From NCBI GenBank assembly GCA_964057225.1, contig OZ059900.1:6324001-6388000 (forward strand): 64,000 nt of DNA, written 5' to 3'. Source of the DNA: Auanema rhodensis (taxonomy: Eukaryota > Animalia > Nematoda). The translations under genes and the position numbers were made by a program. Numbering within the stretch: position 1 is the stretch's first letter; the number at the start of each line of letters is the position of its first letter. Of the stretch, positions 1 to 15,000 are shown piece after piece. Under the pieces are notes generated by a model. That model saw only the letters and a list, made by a program, of their open reading frames with translations, ran no database searches and had not been told where the DNA came from.

Positions 1-3000
1 AATGTAGATTTCAAATTGATTGAAAAAATACAAAAAGTTACAAAAAAAGGTAAATTTTCAAAAACTTATAAGTAGAGAACTGTTAATTATTTTGAGATGA
101 AATTCACAAAATTCTAAGATGTGATATTAAACTCTACAATACTCAAAGATGATCAAACAATAAAGACGTGAATGTAGATTTTGAATTGATTGAAAAAATA
201 CAAAAAGTTACAAAAAAAGGTAAATTTTCAAAAACTTATAAGTAGAGAACTGTTCATTATTTTGAGATGAAATTCTCAAAATTGCAAGATGTGATATTAA
301 ACTCTACAATACTCAAAGATGATCAAACAATAAAGACGGTAATGTAGATTTTGAATTGATTGAAAAAATACAAAAAGTTACAAAAAAAGGTAAATTTTCA
401 AAAACTTATAAGTAGAGAACTGTTAATTATTTTGAGATGAAATTCACAAAATTCTAAGATGTGATATTGAACTCTACAATACTCAAAGATGATCAAACAA
501 TAAAGACGGTAATGTAGATTTCAAATTGATTGAAAAAATATAAAATTTTACAAAAAAAGGTAAATTTTCAAAAACTTATAAGTAAAGAACTGTTAATTAT
601 TTTGAGATGAATATCTCAAAATTGCAAGATGTGATATTAAACTCTACAGTACTCAAAGATGATCAAACAATAAAGACGGTAATGTAGATTTCAAATTGAT
701 TGAAAAAATACAAAATTTTACAAAAAAAGGTAAATTTTCAAAAACTTATAAGTAAAGAACTGTTAATTATTTTGAGATGAATATCTCAAAATTGCAAGAT
801 GTGATATTAAACTCTACAGTACTCAAAGATGATCAAACAATAAAGACGGTAATGTAGATTTCAAATTGATTGAAAAAATACAAAATTTTACAAAAAAAGG
901 TAAATTTTCAAAAACTTATAAGTAGAGAACTGTTAATTATTTTGAGATGAAATTCTCAAAATTGCAAGATGTGATATTAAACTCTACAATACTCAAAGAT
1001 GATCAAACAATAAAGACGGTAATGTAAATTTCAAATTGATTGAAAAAATACAAAATTTTACAAAAAAAGGTAAATTTTCAAAAACTTATAAGTAAAGAAC
1101 TGTTAATTATTTCGAGAAGAAATTCACAAAATTCTAAGATGTGATATTAAACTCTACAAAACTCAAAGATGATCAAACAATAAAGACGGTAATGTAGATT
1201 TCAAATTGATTGAAAAAATACAAAATTTTACAAAAAAAGGTAAATTTTCAAAAACTTATAAGTAAAGAACTGTTAATTATTTTGAGATGAATATCTCAAA
1301 ATTGCAAGATGTGATATTAAACTCTACAGTACTCAAAGATGATCAAACAATAAAGACGGTAATGTAGATTTCAAATTGATTGAAAAAATACAAAATTTTA
1401 CAAAAAAAGGTAAATTTTCAAAAACTTATAAGTAAAGAACTGTTAATTATTTTGAGATGAATATCTCAAAATTGCAAGATGTGATATTAAACTCTACAAA
1501 ACTCAAAGATGATCAAACAATAAAGACGGTAATGTAGATTTCAAATTGATTGAAAAAATACAAAAAGTTATAAAAAAAGGTAAATTTTCAAAAACTTATA
1601 AGTAGAGAACTGTTAATTATTTTGAGATGAAATTCTCAAAATTGCAAGATGTGATATTAAACTCTACAGTACTCAAAGATGATCAAACAATAAAGACGTG
1701 AATGTAGATTTTGAATTGATTGAATAAATACAAAAAGTTACAAAAAAAGGTAAATTTTCAAAAACTTATAAGTAGAGAACTGTTAATTATTTTGAGATGA
1801 AATTCTCAAAATTGCAAGATGTGATATTAAACTCTACAATACTCAAAGATGATCAAACAATAAAGACGTGAATGTAGATTTTGAATTGATTGAAAAAATA
1901 CAAAAAGTTATAAAAAAAGGTAAATTTTCAAAAACTTATAAGTAGAGAACTGTTAATTATTTTGAGATGAAATTCTCAAAATTGCAAGATGTGATATTAA
2001 ACTCTACAGTACTCAAAGATGATCAAACAATAAAGACGTGAATGTAGATTTTGAATTGATTGAATAAATACAAAAAGTTACAAAAAAAGGTAAATTTTCA
2101 AAAACTTATAAGTAGAGAACTGTTAATTATTTTGAGATGAAATTCTCAAAATTGCAAGATGTGATATTAAACTCTACAATACTCAAAGATGATCAAACAA
2201 TAAAGACGTGAATGTAGATTTTGAATTGATTGAAAAAATACAAAAAGTTACAAAAAAAGGTAAATTTTCAAAAACTTATAAGTAGAGAACTGTTAATTAT
2301 TTTGAGATGAAATTCACAAAATTCTAAGATGTGATATTAAACTCTACAATACTCAAAGATGATCAAACAATAAAGACGGTAATGTAGATTTCAAATTGAT
2401 TGAAAAAATACAAAAAGTTATAAAAAAAGGTAAATTTTCAAAAACTTATAAGTAGAGAACTGTTAATTATTTTGAGATGAAATTCTCAAAATTGCAAGAT
2501 GTGATATTAAACTCTACAATACTCAAAGATGATCAAACAATAAAGACGTGAATGTAGATTTTGAATTGATTGAAAAAATACAAAAAGTTATAAAAAAAGG
2601 TAAATTTTCAAAAACTTATAAGTAGAGAACTGTTAATTATTTTGAGATGAAATTCTCAAAATTGCAAGATGTGATATTAAACTCTACAGTACTCAAAGAT
2701 GATCAAACAATAAAGACGTGAATGTAGATTTTGAATTGATTGAATAAATACAAAAAGTTACAAAAAAAGGTAAATTTTCAAAAACTTATAAGTAGAGAAC
2801 TGTTAATTATTTTGAGATGAAATTCTCAAAATTGCAAGATGTGATATTAAACTCTACAATACTCAAAGATGATCAAACAATAAAGACGTGAATGTAGATT
2901 TTGAATTGATTGAAAAAATACAAAAAGTTACAAAAAAAGGTAAATTTTCAAAAACTTATAAGTAGAGAACTGTTAATTATTTTGAGATGAAATTCACAAA

Positions 3001-6000
3001 ATTCTAAGATGTGATATTAAACTCTACAATACTCAAAGATGATCAAACAATAAAGACGGTAATGTAGATTTCAAATTGATTGAAAAAATACAAAAAGTTA
3101 CAAAAAAAGGTAAATTTTCAAAAACTTATAAGTAGAGAACTGTTAATTATTTTGAGATGAAATTCTCAAAATTGCAAGATGTGATATTAAACTCTACAAT
3201 ACTCAAAGATGATCAAACAATAAAGACGTGAATGTAGATTTTGAATTGATTGAAAAAATACAAAAAGTTATAAAAAAAGGTAAATTTTCAAAAACTTATA
3301 AGTAGAGAACTGTTAATTATTTTGAGATGAAATTCTCAAAATTGCAAGATGTGATATTAAACTCTACAGTACTCAAAGATGATCAAACAATAAAGACGTG
3401 AATGTAGATTTTGAATTGATTGAATAAATACAAAAAGTTACAAAAAAAGGTAAATTTTCAAAAACTTATAAGTAGAGAACTGTTAATTATTTTGAGATGA
3501 AATTCTCAAAATTGCAAGATGTGATATTAAACTCTACAATACTCAAAGATGATCAAACAATAAAGACGTGAATGTAGATTTTGAATTGATTGAAAAAATA
3601 CAAAAAGTTACAAAAAAAGGTAAATTTTCAAAAACTTATAAGTAGAGAACTGTTAATTATTTTGAGATGAAATTCACAAAATTCTAAGATGTGATATTAA
3701 ACTCTACAATACTCAAAGATGATCAAACAATAAAGACGGTAATGTAGATTTCAAATTGATTGAAAAAATACAAAAAGTTATAAAAAAAGGTAAATTTTCA
3801 AAAACTTATAAGTAGAGAACTGTTAATTATTTTGAGATGAAATTCTCAAAATTGCAAGATGTGATATTAAACTCTACAATACTCAAAGATGATCAAACAA
3901 TAAAGACGGTAATGTAGATTTCAAATTGATTGAAAAAATACAAAATTTTACAAAAAAAGGTAAATTTTCAAAAACTTATAAGTAAAGAACTGTTAATTAT
4001 TTTGAGATGAATATCTCAAAATTGCAAGATGTGATATTAAACTCTACAGTACTCAAAGATGATCAAACAATAAAGACGGTAATGTAGATTTCAAATTGAT
4101 TGAAAAAATACAAAATTTTACAAAAAAAGGTAAATTTTCAAAAACTTATAAGTAAAGAACTGTTAATTATTTTGAGATGAATATCTCAAAATTGCAAGAT
4201 GTGATATTAAACTCTACAAAACTCAAAGATGATCAAACAATAAAGACGGTAATGTAGATTTCAAATTGATTGAAAAAATACAAAAAGTTATAAAAAAAGG
4301 TAAATTTTCAAAAACTTATAAGTAGAGAACTGTTAATTATTTTGAGATGAAATTCTCAAAATTGCAAGATGTGATATTAAACTCTACAGTACTCAAAGAT
4401 GATCAAACAATAAAGACGTGAATGTAGATTTTGAATTGATTGAATAAATACAAAAAGTTACAAAAAAAGGTAAATTTTCAAAAACTTATAAGTAGAGAAC
4501 TGTTAATTATTTTGAGATGAAATTCTCAAAATTGCAAGATGTGATATTAAACTCTACAATACTCAAAGATGATCAAACAATAAAGACGTGAATGTAGATT
4601 TTGAATTGATTGAAAAAATACAAAAAGTTATAAAAAAAGGTAAATTTTCAAAAACTTATAAGTAGAGAACTGTTAATTATTTTGAGATGAAATTCTCAAA
4701 ATTGCAAGATGTGATATTAAACTCTACAGTACTCAAAGATGATCAAACAATAAAGACGTGAATGTAGATTTTGAATTGATTGAATAAATACAAAAAGTTA
4801 CAAAAAAAGGTAAATTTTCAAAAACTTATAAGTAGAGAACTGTTAATTATTTTGAGATGAAATTCTCAAAATTGCAAGATGTGATATTAAACTCTACAAT
4901 ACTCAAAGATGATCAAACAATAAAGACGTGAATGTAGATTTTGAATTGATTGAAAAAATACAAAAAGTTACAAAAAAAGGTAAATTTTCAAAAACTTATA
5001 AGTAGAGAACTGTTAATTATTTTGAGATGAAATTCACAAAATTCTAAGATGTGATATTAAACTCTACAATACTCAAAGATGATCAAACAATAAAGACGGT
5101 AATGTAGATTTCAAATTGATTCAAAAAATACAAAAAGTTACAAAAAAAGGTAAATTTTCAAAAACTTATAAGTAAAGAACTGTTCATTATTTCGAGAAGA
5201 AATTCACAAAATTCTAAGATGTGATATTGAACTCTACAATACTCAAAGATGATCAAACAATAAAGACGGTAATGTAGATTTCAAATTGATTCAAAAAATA
5301 CAAAATTTTACAAAAAAAGGTAAATTTTCAAAAACTTATAAGTAAAGAACTGTTCATTATTTCGAGAAGAAATTCACAAAATTCTAAGATGTGATATTAA
5401 ACTCTACAATACTCAAAGATGATCAAACAATAAAGACGGTAATGTAGATTTCAAATTGATTGAAAAAATACAAAAAGTTACAAAAAAAGGTAAATTTTCA
5501 AAAACTTATAAGTAAAGAACTGTTAATTATTTTGAGATGAATATCTCAAAATTGCAAGATGTGATATTAAACTCTACAATACTCAAAGATGATCAAACAA
5601 TAAAGACGTGAATGTAGATTTTGAATTGATTGAAAAAATACAAAAAGTTATAAAAAAAGGTAAATTTTCAAAAACTTATAAGTAGAGAACTGTTAATTAT
5701 TTTGAGATGAAATTCTCAAAATTGCAAGATGTGATATTAAACTCTACAGTACTCAAAGATGATCAAACAATAAAGACGTGAATGTAGATTTTGAATTGAT
5801 TGAATAAATACAAAAAGTTACAAAAAAAGGTAAATTTTCAAAAACTTATAAGTAGAGAACTGTTAATTATTTTGAGATGAAATTCTCAAAATTGCAAGAT
5901 GTGATATTAAACTCTACAATACTCAAAGATGATCAAACAATAAAGACGTGAATGTAGATTTTGAATTGATTGAAAAAATACAAAAAGTTACAAAAAAAGG

Positions 6001-9000
6001 TAAATTTTCAAAAACTTATAAGTAGAGAACTGTTAATTATTTTGAGATGAAATTCACAAAATTCTAAGATGTGATATTAAACTCTACAATACTCAAAGAT
6101 GATCAAACAATAAAGACGGTAATGTAGATTTCAAATTGATTCAAAAAATACAAAAAGTTACAAAAAAAGGTAAATTTTCAAAAACTTATAAGTAAAGAAC
6201 TGTTCATTATTTCGAGAAGAAATTCACAAAATTCTAAGATGTGATATTGAACTCTACAATACTCAAAGATGATCAAACAATAAAGACGGTAATGTAGATT
6301 TCAAATTGATTCAAAAAATACAAAATTTTACAAAAAAAGGTAAATTTTCAAAAACTTATAAGTAAAGAACTGTTCATTATTTCGAGAAGAAATTCACAAA
6401 ATTCTAAGATGTGATATTAAACTCTACAATACTCAAAGATGATCAAACAATAAAGACGGTAATGTAGATTTCAAATTGATTGAAAAAATACAAAAAGTTA
6501 CAAAAAAAGGTAAATTTTCAAAAACTTATAAGTAAAGAACTGTTAATTATTTTGAGATGAATATCTCAAAATTGCAAGATGTGATATTAAACTCTACAGT
6601 ACTCAAAGATGATCAAACAATAAAGACGGTAATGTAGATTTCAAATTGATTGAAAAAATACAAAAAGTTACAAAAAAAGGTAAATTTTCAAAAACTTATA
6701 AGTAAAGAACTGTTCATTATTTTGAGATGAAATTCTCAAAATTCTAAGATGTGATATTAAACTCTACAATACTCAAAGATGATCAAACAATAAAGACGTG
6801 AATGTAGATTTTGAATTGATTGAAAAAATACAAAAAGTTACAAAAAAAGGTAAATTTCAAAAACTTATAAGTAAAGAACTGTTCATTATTTCGAGAAGAA
6901 ATTCTCAAAAATCTAAGATATGATATTAAACTCTACAATACTTAAAGATGATCAAACAATAAAGACGGTAATGTAGATTTCAAATTGATTGAAAAAATAC
7001 AAAAAGTTACAAAAAAAGGTAAATTTTCAAAAACTTATAAGTAAAGAACTGTTCATTATTTCGAGAAGAAATTCACAAAATTCTAAGATGTGATATTAAA
7101 CTCTACAATACTCAAAGATGATCAAACAATAAAGACGGTAATGTAGATTTCAAATTGATTGAAAAAATACAAAAAGTTACAAAAAAAGGTAAATTTTCAA
7201 AAACTTATAAGTAAAGAACTGTTAATTATTTTGAGATGAATATCTCAAAATTGCAAGATGTGATATTAAACTCTACAGTACTCAAAGATGATCAAACAAT
7301 AAAGACGGTAATGTAGATTTCAAATTGATTGAAAAAATACAAAAAGTTACAAAAAAAGGTAAATTTTCAAAAACTTATAAGTAAAGAACTGTTCATTATT
7401 TTGAGATGAAATTCTCAAAATTCTAAGATGTGATATTAAACTCTACAATACTCAAAGATGATCAAACAATAAAGACGGTAATGTAGATTTCAAATTGATT
7501 GAAAAAATACAAAAAGTTACAAAAAAAGGTAAATTTTCAAAAACTTATAAGTAAAGAACTGTTAATTATTTTGAGATGAATATCTCAAAATTGCAAGATG
7601 TGATATTAAACTCTACAGTACTCAAAGATGATCAAACAATAAAGACGGTAATGTAGATTTCAAATTGATTGAAAAAATACAAAAAGTTACAAAAAAAGGT
7701 AAATTTTCAAAAACTTATAAGTAAAGAACTGTTCATTATTTTGAGATGAAATTCTCAAAATTCTAAGATGTGATATTAAACTCTACAATACTCAAAGATG
7801 ATCAAACAATAAAGACGTGAATGTAGATTTTGAATTGATTGAAAAAATACAAAAAGTTACAAAAAAAGGTAAATTTCAAAAACTTATAAGTAAAGAACTG
7901 TTCATTATTTCGAGAAGAAATTCTCAAAAATCTAAGATATGATATTAAACTCTACAATACTCAAAGATGATCAAACAATAAAGACGGTAATGTAGATTTC
8001 AAATTGATTGAAAAAATACAAAAAGTTACAAAAAAAGGTAAATTTTCAAAAACTTATAAGTAAAGAACTGTTCATTATTTCGAGAAGAAATTCACAAAAT
8101 TCTAAGATGTGATATTAAACTCTACAATACTCAAAGATGATCAAACAATAAAGACGGTAATGTAGATTTCAAATTGATTGAAAAAATACAAAAAGTTACA
8201 AAAAAAGGTAAATTTTCAAAAACTTATAAGTAAAGAACTGTTAATTATTTTGAGATGAATATCTCAAAATTGCAAGATGTGATATTAAACTCTACAGTAC
8301 TCAAAGATGATCAAACAATAAAGACGGTAATGTAGATTTCAAATTGATTGAAAAAATACAAAAAGTTACAAAAAAAGGTAAATTTTCAAAAACTTATAAG
8401 TAAAGAACTGTTCATTATTTTGAGATGAAATTCTCAAAATTCTAAGATGTAATATTAAACTCTACAATACTCAAAGATGATCAAACAATAAAGACGTGAA
8501 TGTAGATTTTGAATTGATTGAAAAAATTTAAAAAGTTACAAAAAAAGGTAAATTTTCAAAAACTTATAAGTAAAGAACTGTTCATTATTTCGAGAAGAAA
8601 TTCACAAAATTCTAAGATGTGATATTAAACTCTACAATACTCAAAGATGATCAAACAATAAAGACGGTAATGTAGATTTCAAATTGATTGAAAAAATACA
8701 AAATTTTACAAAAAAAGGTAAATTTTCAAAAACTTATAAGTAAAGAACTGTTCATTATTTTGAGATGAAATTCTCAAAAATCTAAGATATGATATTGAAC
8801 TCTACAATACTCAAAGATGATCAAACAATAAAGACGGTAATGTAGATTTCAAATTGATTGAAAAAATACAAAAAGTTACAAAAAAAGGTAAATTTTCAAA
8901 AACTTATAAGTAAAGAACTGTTCATTATTTCGAGAAGAAATTCACAAAATTCTAAGATGTGATATTAAACTCTACAATACTCAAAGATGATCAAACAATA

Positions 9001-12000
9001 AAGACGGTAATGTAGATTTCAAATTGATTGAAAAAATACAAAAAGTTACAAAAAAAGGTAAATTTTCAAAAACTTATAAGTAAAGAACTGTTAATTATTT
9101 TGAGATGAAATTCTCAAAATTCTAAGATGTGAGATTAAACTCTACAATACTCAAAGATGATCGAACAATAAAGACGGTAATGTAGATTTCAAATTGATTG
9201 AAAAAATACAAAAAGTTACAAAAAAAGGTAAATTTTCAAAAACTTATAAGTAAAGAACTGTTAATTATTTTGAGATGAAATTCTCAAAATTCTAAGATGT
9301 GATATTAAACTCTACAATACTCAAAGATGATCAAACAATAAAGACGGTAATGTAGATTTCAAATTGATTGAAAAAATACAAAATTTTACAAAAAAAGGTA
9401 AATTTTCAAAAACTTATAAGTAAAGAACTGTTAATTATTTTGAGATGAAATTCTCAAAATTCTAAGATGTGATATTAAACTCTACAAAACTCGAAGATGA
9501 TCAAACAATAAAAACGGTAATGTAGATTTCAAATTGATTGAAAAAATACAAAAAGTTACAAAAAAAGGTAAATTTTCAAAAACTTATAAGTAAAGAACTG
9601 TTAATTATTTTGAGATGAAATTCTCAAAATTCTAAGATGTGATATTAAACTCTACAAAACTCGAAGATGATCAAACAATAAAAACGGTAATGTAGATTTC
9701 AAATTGATTGAAAAAATACAAAATTTTACAAAAAAAGGTAAAATTTCAAAAACTTATAAGTAAAGAACTGTTAATTATTTTGAGATGAAATTCTCAAAAT
9801 TCTAAGATGTGAGATTAAACTCTACAATACTCAAAGATGATCGAACAATAAAGACGGTAATGTAGATTTCAAATTGATTGAAAAAATACAAAAAGTTACA
9901 AAAAAAGGTAAATTTTCAAAAACTTATAAGTAAAGAACTGTTAATTATTTTGAGATGAAATTCTCAAAATTCTAAGATGTGAGATTAAACTCTACAATAC
10001 TCAAAGATGATCGAACAATAAAGACGGTAATGTAGATTTCAAATTGATTGAAAAAATACAAAAAGTTACAAAAAAAGGTAAATTTTCAAAAACTTATAAG
10101 TAAAGAACTGTTCATTATTTTGAGATGAAATTCTCAAAATTCTAAGATGTGATATTAAACTCTACAAAACTCGAAGATGATCAAACAATAAAAACGGTAA
10201 TGTAGATTTCAAATTGATTGAAAAAATACAAAATTTTACAAAAAAAGGTAAATTTTCAAAAACTTATAAGTAAAGAACTGTTAATTATTTTGAGATGAAT
10301 ATCTCAAAATTGCAAGATGTGATATTAAACTCTACAGTACTCAAAGATGATCAAACAATAAAGACGGTAATGTAGATTTCAAATTGATTGAAAAAATACA
10401 AAATTTTACAAAAAAAGGTAAATTTTCAAAAACTTATAAGTAAAGAACTGTTAATTATTTTGAGATGAAATTCTCAAAATTGCAAGATGTGATATTAAAC
10501 TCTACAATACTCAAAGATGATCAAACAATAAAGACGGTAATGTAGATTTCAAATTGATTGAAAAAATACAAAAAGTTACAAAAAAAGGTAAATTTTCAAA
10601 AACTTATAAGTAGAGAACTGTTAATTATTTTGAGATGAAATTCTCAAAATTCTAAGATGTGAGATTAAACTCTACAATACTCAAAGATGATCAAACAATA
10701 AAGACGGTAATGTAGATTTCAAATTGATTGAAAAAATACAAAAAGTTACAAAAAAAGGTAAATTTTCAAAAACTTATAAGTAAAGATCTGTTAATTATTT
10801 TGAGATGAAATTCTCAAAATTCTAAGATGTGATATTAAACTCTACAATACTCAAAGATGATCAAACAATAAAGACGGTAATGTAGATTTCAAATTGATTG
10901 AAAAAATACAAAAAGTTACAAAAAAAGGTAAATTTTCAAAAACTTATAAGTAAAGAACTGTTAATTATTTTGAGATGAAATTCTCAAAATTCTAAGATGT
11001 GATATTAAACTCTACAAAACTCGAAGATGATCAAACAATAAAAACGGTAATGTAGATTTCAAATTGATTGAAAAAATACAAAATTTTACAAAAAAAGGTA
11101 AATTTTCAAAAACTTATAAGTAAAGAACTGTTAATTATTTTGAGATGAATATCTCAAAATTGCAAGATGTGATATTAAACTCTACAGTACTCAAAGATGA
11201 TCAAACAATAAAGACGGTAATGTAGATTTCAAATTGATTGAAAAAATACAAAATTTTACAAAAAAAGGTAAATTTTCAAAAACTTATAAGTAAAGAACTG
11301 TTAATTATTTTGAGATGAAATTCTCAAAATTGCAAGATGTGATATTAAACTCTACAATACTCAAAGATGATCAAACAATAAAGACGGTAATGTAGATTTC
11401 AAATTGATTGAAAAAATACAAAAAGTTACAAAAAAAGGTAAATTTTCAAAAACTTATAAGTAGAGAACTGTTAATTATTTTGAGATGAAATTCTCAAAAT
11501 TCTAAGATGTGAGATTAAACTCTACAATACTCAAAGATGATCAAACAATAAAGACGGTAATGTAGATTTCAAATTGATTGAAAAAATACAAAAAGTTACA
11601 AAAAAAGGTAAATTTTCAAAAACTTATAAGTAAAGATCTGTTAATTATTTTGAGATGAAATTCTCAAAATTGCAAGATGTGATATTAAACTCTACAATAC
11701 TCAAAGATGATCAAACAATAAAGACGGTAATGTAGATTTCAAATTGATTGAAAAAATACAAAATTTTACAAAAAAAGGTAAATTTTCAAAAACTTATAAG
11801 TAAAGAACTGTTAATTATTTTGAGATGAATATCTCAAAATTGCAAGATGTGATATTAAACTCTACAGTACTCAAAGATGATCAAACAATAAAGACGGTAA
11901 TGTAGATTTCAAATTGATTGAAAAAATACAAAATTTTACAAAAAAAGGTAAATTTTCAAAAACTTATAAGTAAAGAACTGTTAATTATTTTGAGATGAAA

Positions 12001-15000
12001 TTCTCAAAATTGCAAGATGTGATATTAAACTCTACAATACTCAAAGATGATCAAACAATAAAGACGGTAATGTAGATTTCAAATTGATTGAAAAAATACA
12101 AAATTTTACAAAAAAAGGTAAATTTTCAAAAACTTATAAGTAAAGAACTGTTCATTATTTTGAGATGAAATTCTCAAAATTCTAAGATGTGATATTAAAC
12201 TCTACAATACTCAAAGATGATCAAACAATAAAGACGGTAATGTAGATTTCAAATTGATTGAAAAAATACAAAATTTTACAAAAAAAGGTAAATTTTCAAA
12301 AACTTATAAGTAAAGAACTGTTCATTATTTCGAGAAGAAATTCACAAAATTCTAAGATGTGATATTAAACTCTACAATACTCAAAGATGATCAAACAATA
12401 AAGACGGTAATGTAGATTTCAAATTGATTGAAAAAATACAAAAAGTTACAAAAAAAGGTAAATTTTCAAAAACTTATAAGTAAAGAACTGTTCATTATTT
12501 CGAGAAGAAATTCACAAAATTCTAAGATGTGATATTAAACTCTACAATACTCAAAGATGATCAAACAATAAAGACGGTAATGTAGATTTCAAATTGATTG
12601 AAAAAATACAAAAAGTTACAAAAAAAGGTAAATTTTCAAAAACTTATAAGTAAAGAACTGTTCATTATTTCGAGAAGAAATTCACAAAATTCTAAGATGT
12701 GATATTGAACTCTACAATACTCAAAGATGATCAAACAATAAAGACGGTAATGTAGATTTCAAATTGATTGAAAAAATACAAAATTTTACAAAAAAAGGTA
12801 AATTTTCAAAAACTTATAAGTAAAGAACTGTTAATTATTTTGAGATGAATATCTCAAAATTGCAAGATGTGATATTAAACTCTACAGTACTCAAAGATGA
12901 TCAAACAATAAAGACGGTAATGTAGATTTCAAATTGATTGAAAAAATACAAAATTTTACAAAAAAAGGTAAATTTTCAAAAACTTATAAGTAGAGAACTG
13001 TTAATTATTTTGAGATGAAATTCACAAAATTCTAAGATGTGATATTAAACTCTACAATACTCAAAGATGATCAAACAATAAAGACGTGAATGTAGATTTT
13101 GAATTGATTGAAAAAATACAAAATTTTACAAAAAAAGGTAAATTTTCAAAAACTTATAAGTAGAGAACTGTTAATTATTTTGAGATGAAATTCACAAAAT
13201 TCTAAGATGTGATATTGAACTCTACAATACTCAAAGATGATCAAACAATAAAGACGGTAATGTAGATTTCAAATCGATTGAAAAAATACAAAATTTTACA
13301 AAAAAAGGTAAATTTTCAAAAACTTATAAGTAAAGAACTGTTAATTATTTTGAGATGAATATCTCAAAATTGCAAGATGTGATATTAAACTCTACAGTAC
13401 TCAAAGATGATCAAACAATAAAGACGGTAATGTAGATTTCAAATTGATTGAAAAAATACAAAATTTTACAAAAAAAGGTAAATTTTCAAAAACTTATAAG
13501 TAAAGAACTGTTAATTATTTTGAGATGAATATCTCAAAATTGCAAGATGTGATATTAAACTCTACAATACTCAAAGATGATCAAACAATAAAGACGTGAA
13601 TGTAGATTTTGAATTGATTGAAAAAATACAAAAAGTTACGAAAAAAGGTAAATTTTCAAAAACTTATAAGTAGAGAACTGTTAATTATTTTGAGATGAAA
13701 TTCACAAAATTCTAAGATGTGATATTAAACTCTACAATACTCAAAGATGATCAAACAATAAAGACGGTAATGTAGATTTCAAATTGATTGAAAAAATACA
13801 AAATTTTACAAAAAAAGGTAAATTTTCAAAAACTTATAAGTAAAGAACTGTTAATTATTTTGAGATGAATATCTCAAAATTGCAAGATGTGATATTAAAC
13901 TCTACAATACTCAAAGATGATCAAACAATAAAGACGTGAATGTAGATTTCAAATTGATTGAAAAAATACAAAATTTTACAAAAAAAGGTAAATTTTCAAA
14001 AACTTATAAGTAAAGAACTGTTAATTATTTTGAGATGAATATCTCAAAATTGCAAGATGTGATATTAAACTCTACAATACTCAAAGATGATCAAACAATA
14101 AAGACGTGAATGTAGATTTTGAATTGATTGAAAAAATACAAAAAGTTACGAAAAAAGGTAAATTTTCAAAAACTTATAAGTAGAGAACTGTTAATTATTT
14201 TGAGATGAAATTCACAAAATTCTAAGATGTGATATTAAACTCTACAATACTCAAAGATGATCAAACAATAAAGACGGTAATGTAGATTTCAAATTGATTG
14301 AAAAAATACAAAATTTTACAAAAAAAGGTAAATTTTCAAAAACTTATAAGTAAAGAACTGTTAATTATTTTGAGATGAATATCTCAAAATTGCAAGATGT
14401 GATATTAAACTCTACAATACTCAAAGATGATCAAACAATAAAGACGTGAATGTAGATTTCAAATTGATTGAAAAAATACAAAATTTTACAAAAAAAGGTA
14501 AATTTTCAAAAACTTATAAGTAAAGAACTGTTAATTATTTTGAGATGAATATCTCAAAATTGCAAGATGTGATATTAAACTCTACAGTACTCAAAGATGA
14601 TCAAACAATAAAGACGGTAATGTAGATTTCAAATTGATTGAAAAAATACAAAATTTTACAAAAAAAGGTAAATTTTCAAAAACTTATAAGTAAAGAACTG
14701 TTAATTATTTTGAGATGAATATCTCAAAATTGCAAGATGTGATATTAAACTCTACAATACTCAAAGATGATCAAACAATAAAGACGTGAATGTAGATTTT
14801 GAATTGATTGAAAAAATACAAAAAGTTACAAAAAAAGGTAAATTTTCAAAAACTTATAAGTAGAGAACTGTTAATTATTTTGAGATGAAATTCACAAAAT
14901 TCTAAGATGTGATATTAAACTCTACAATACTCAAAGATGATCAAACAATAAAGACGGTAATGTAGATTTCAAATTGATTGAAAAAATACAAAAAGTTATA

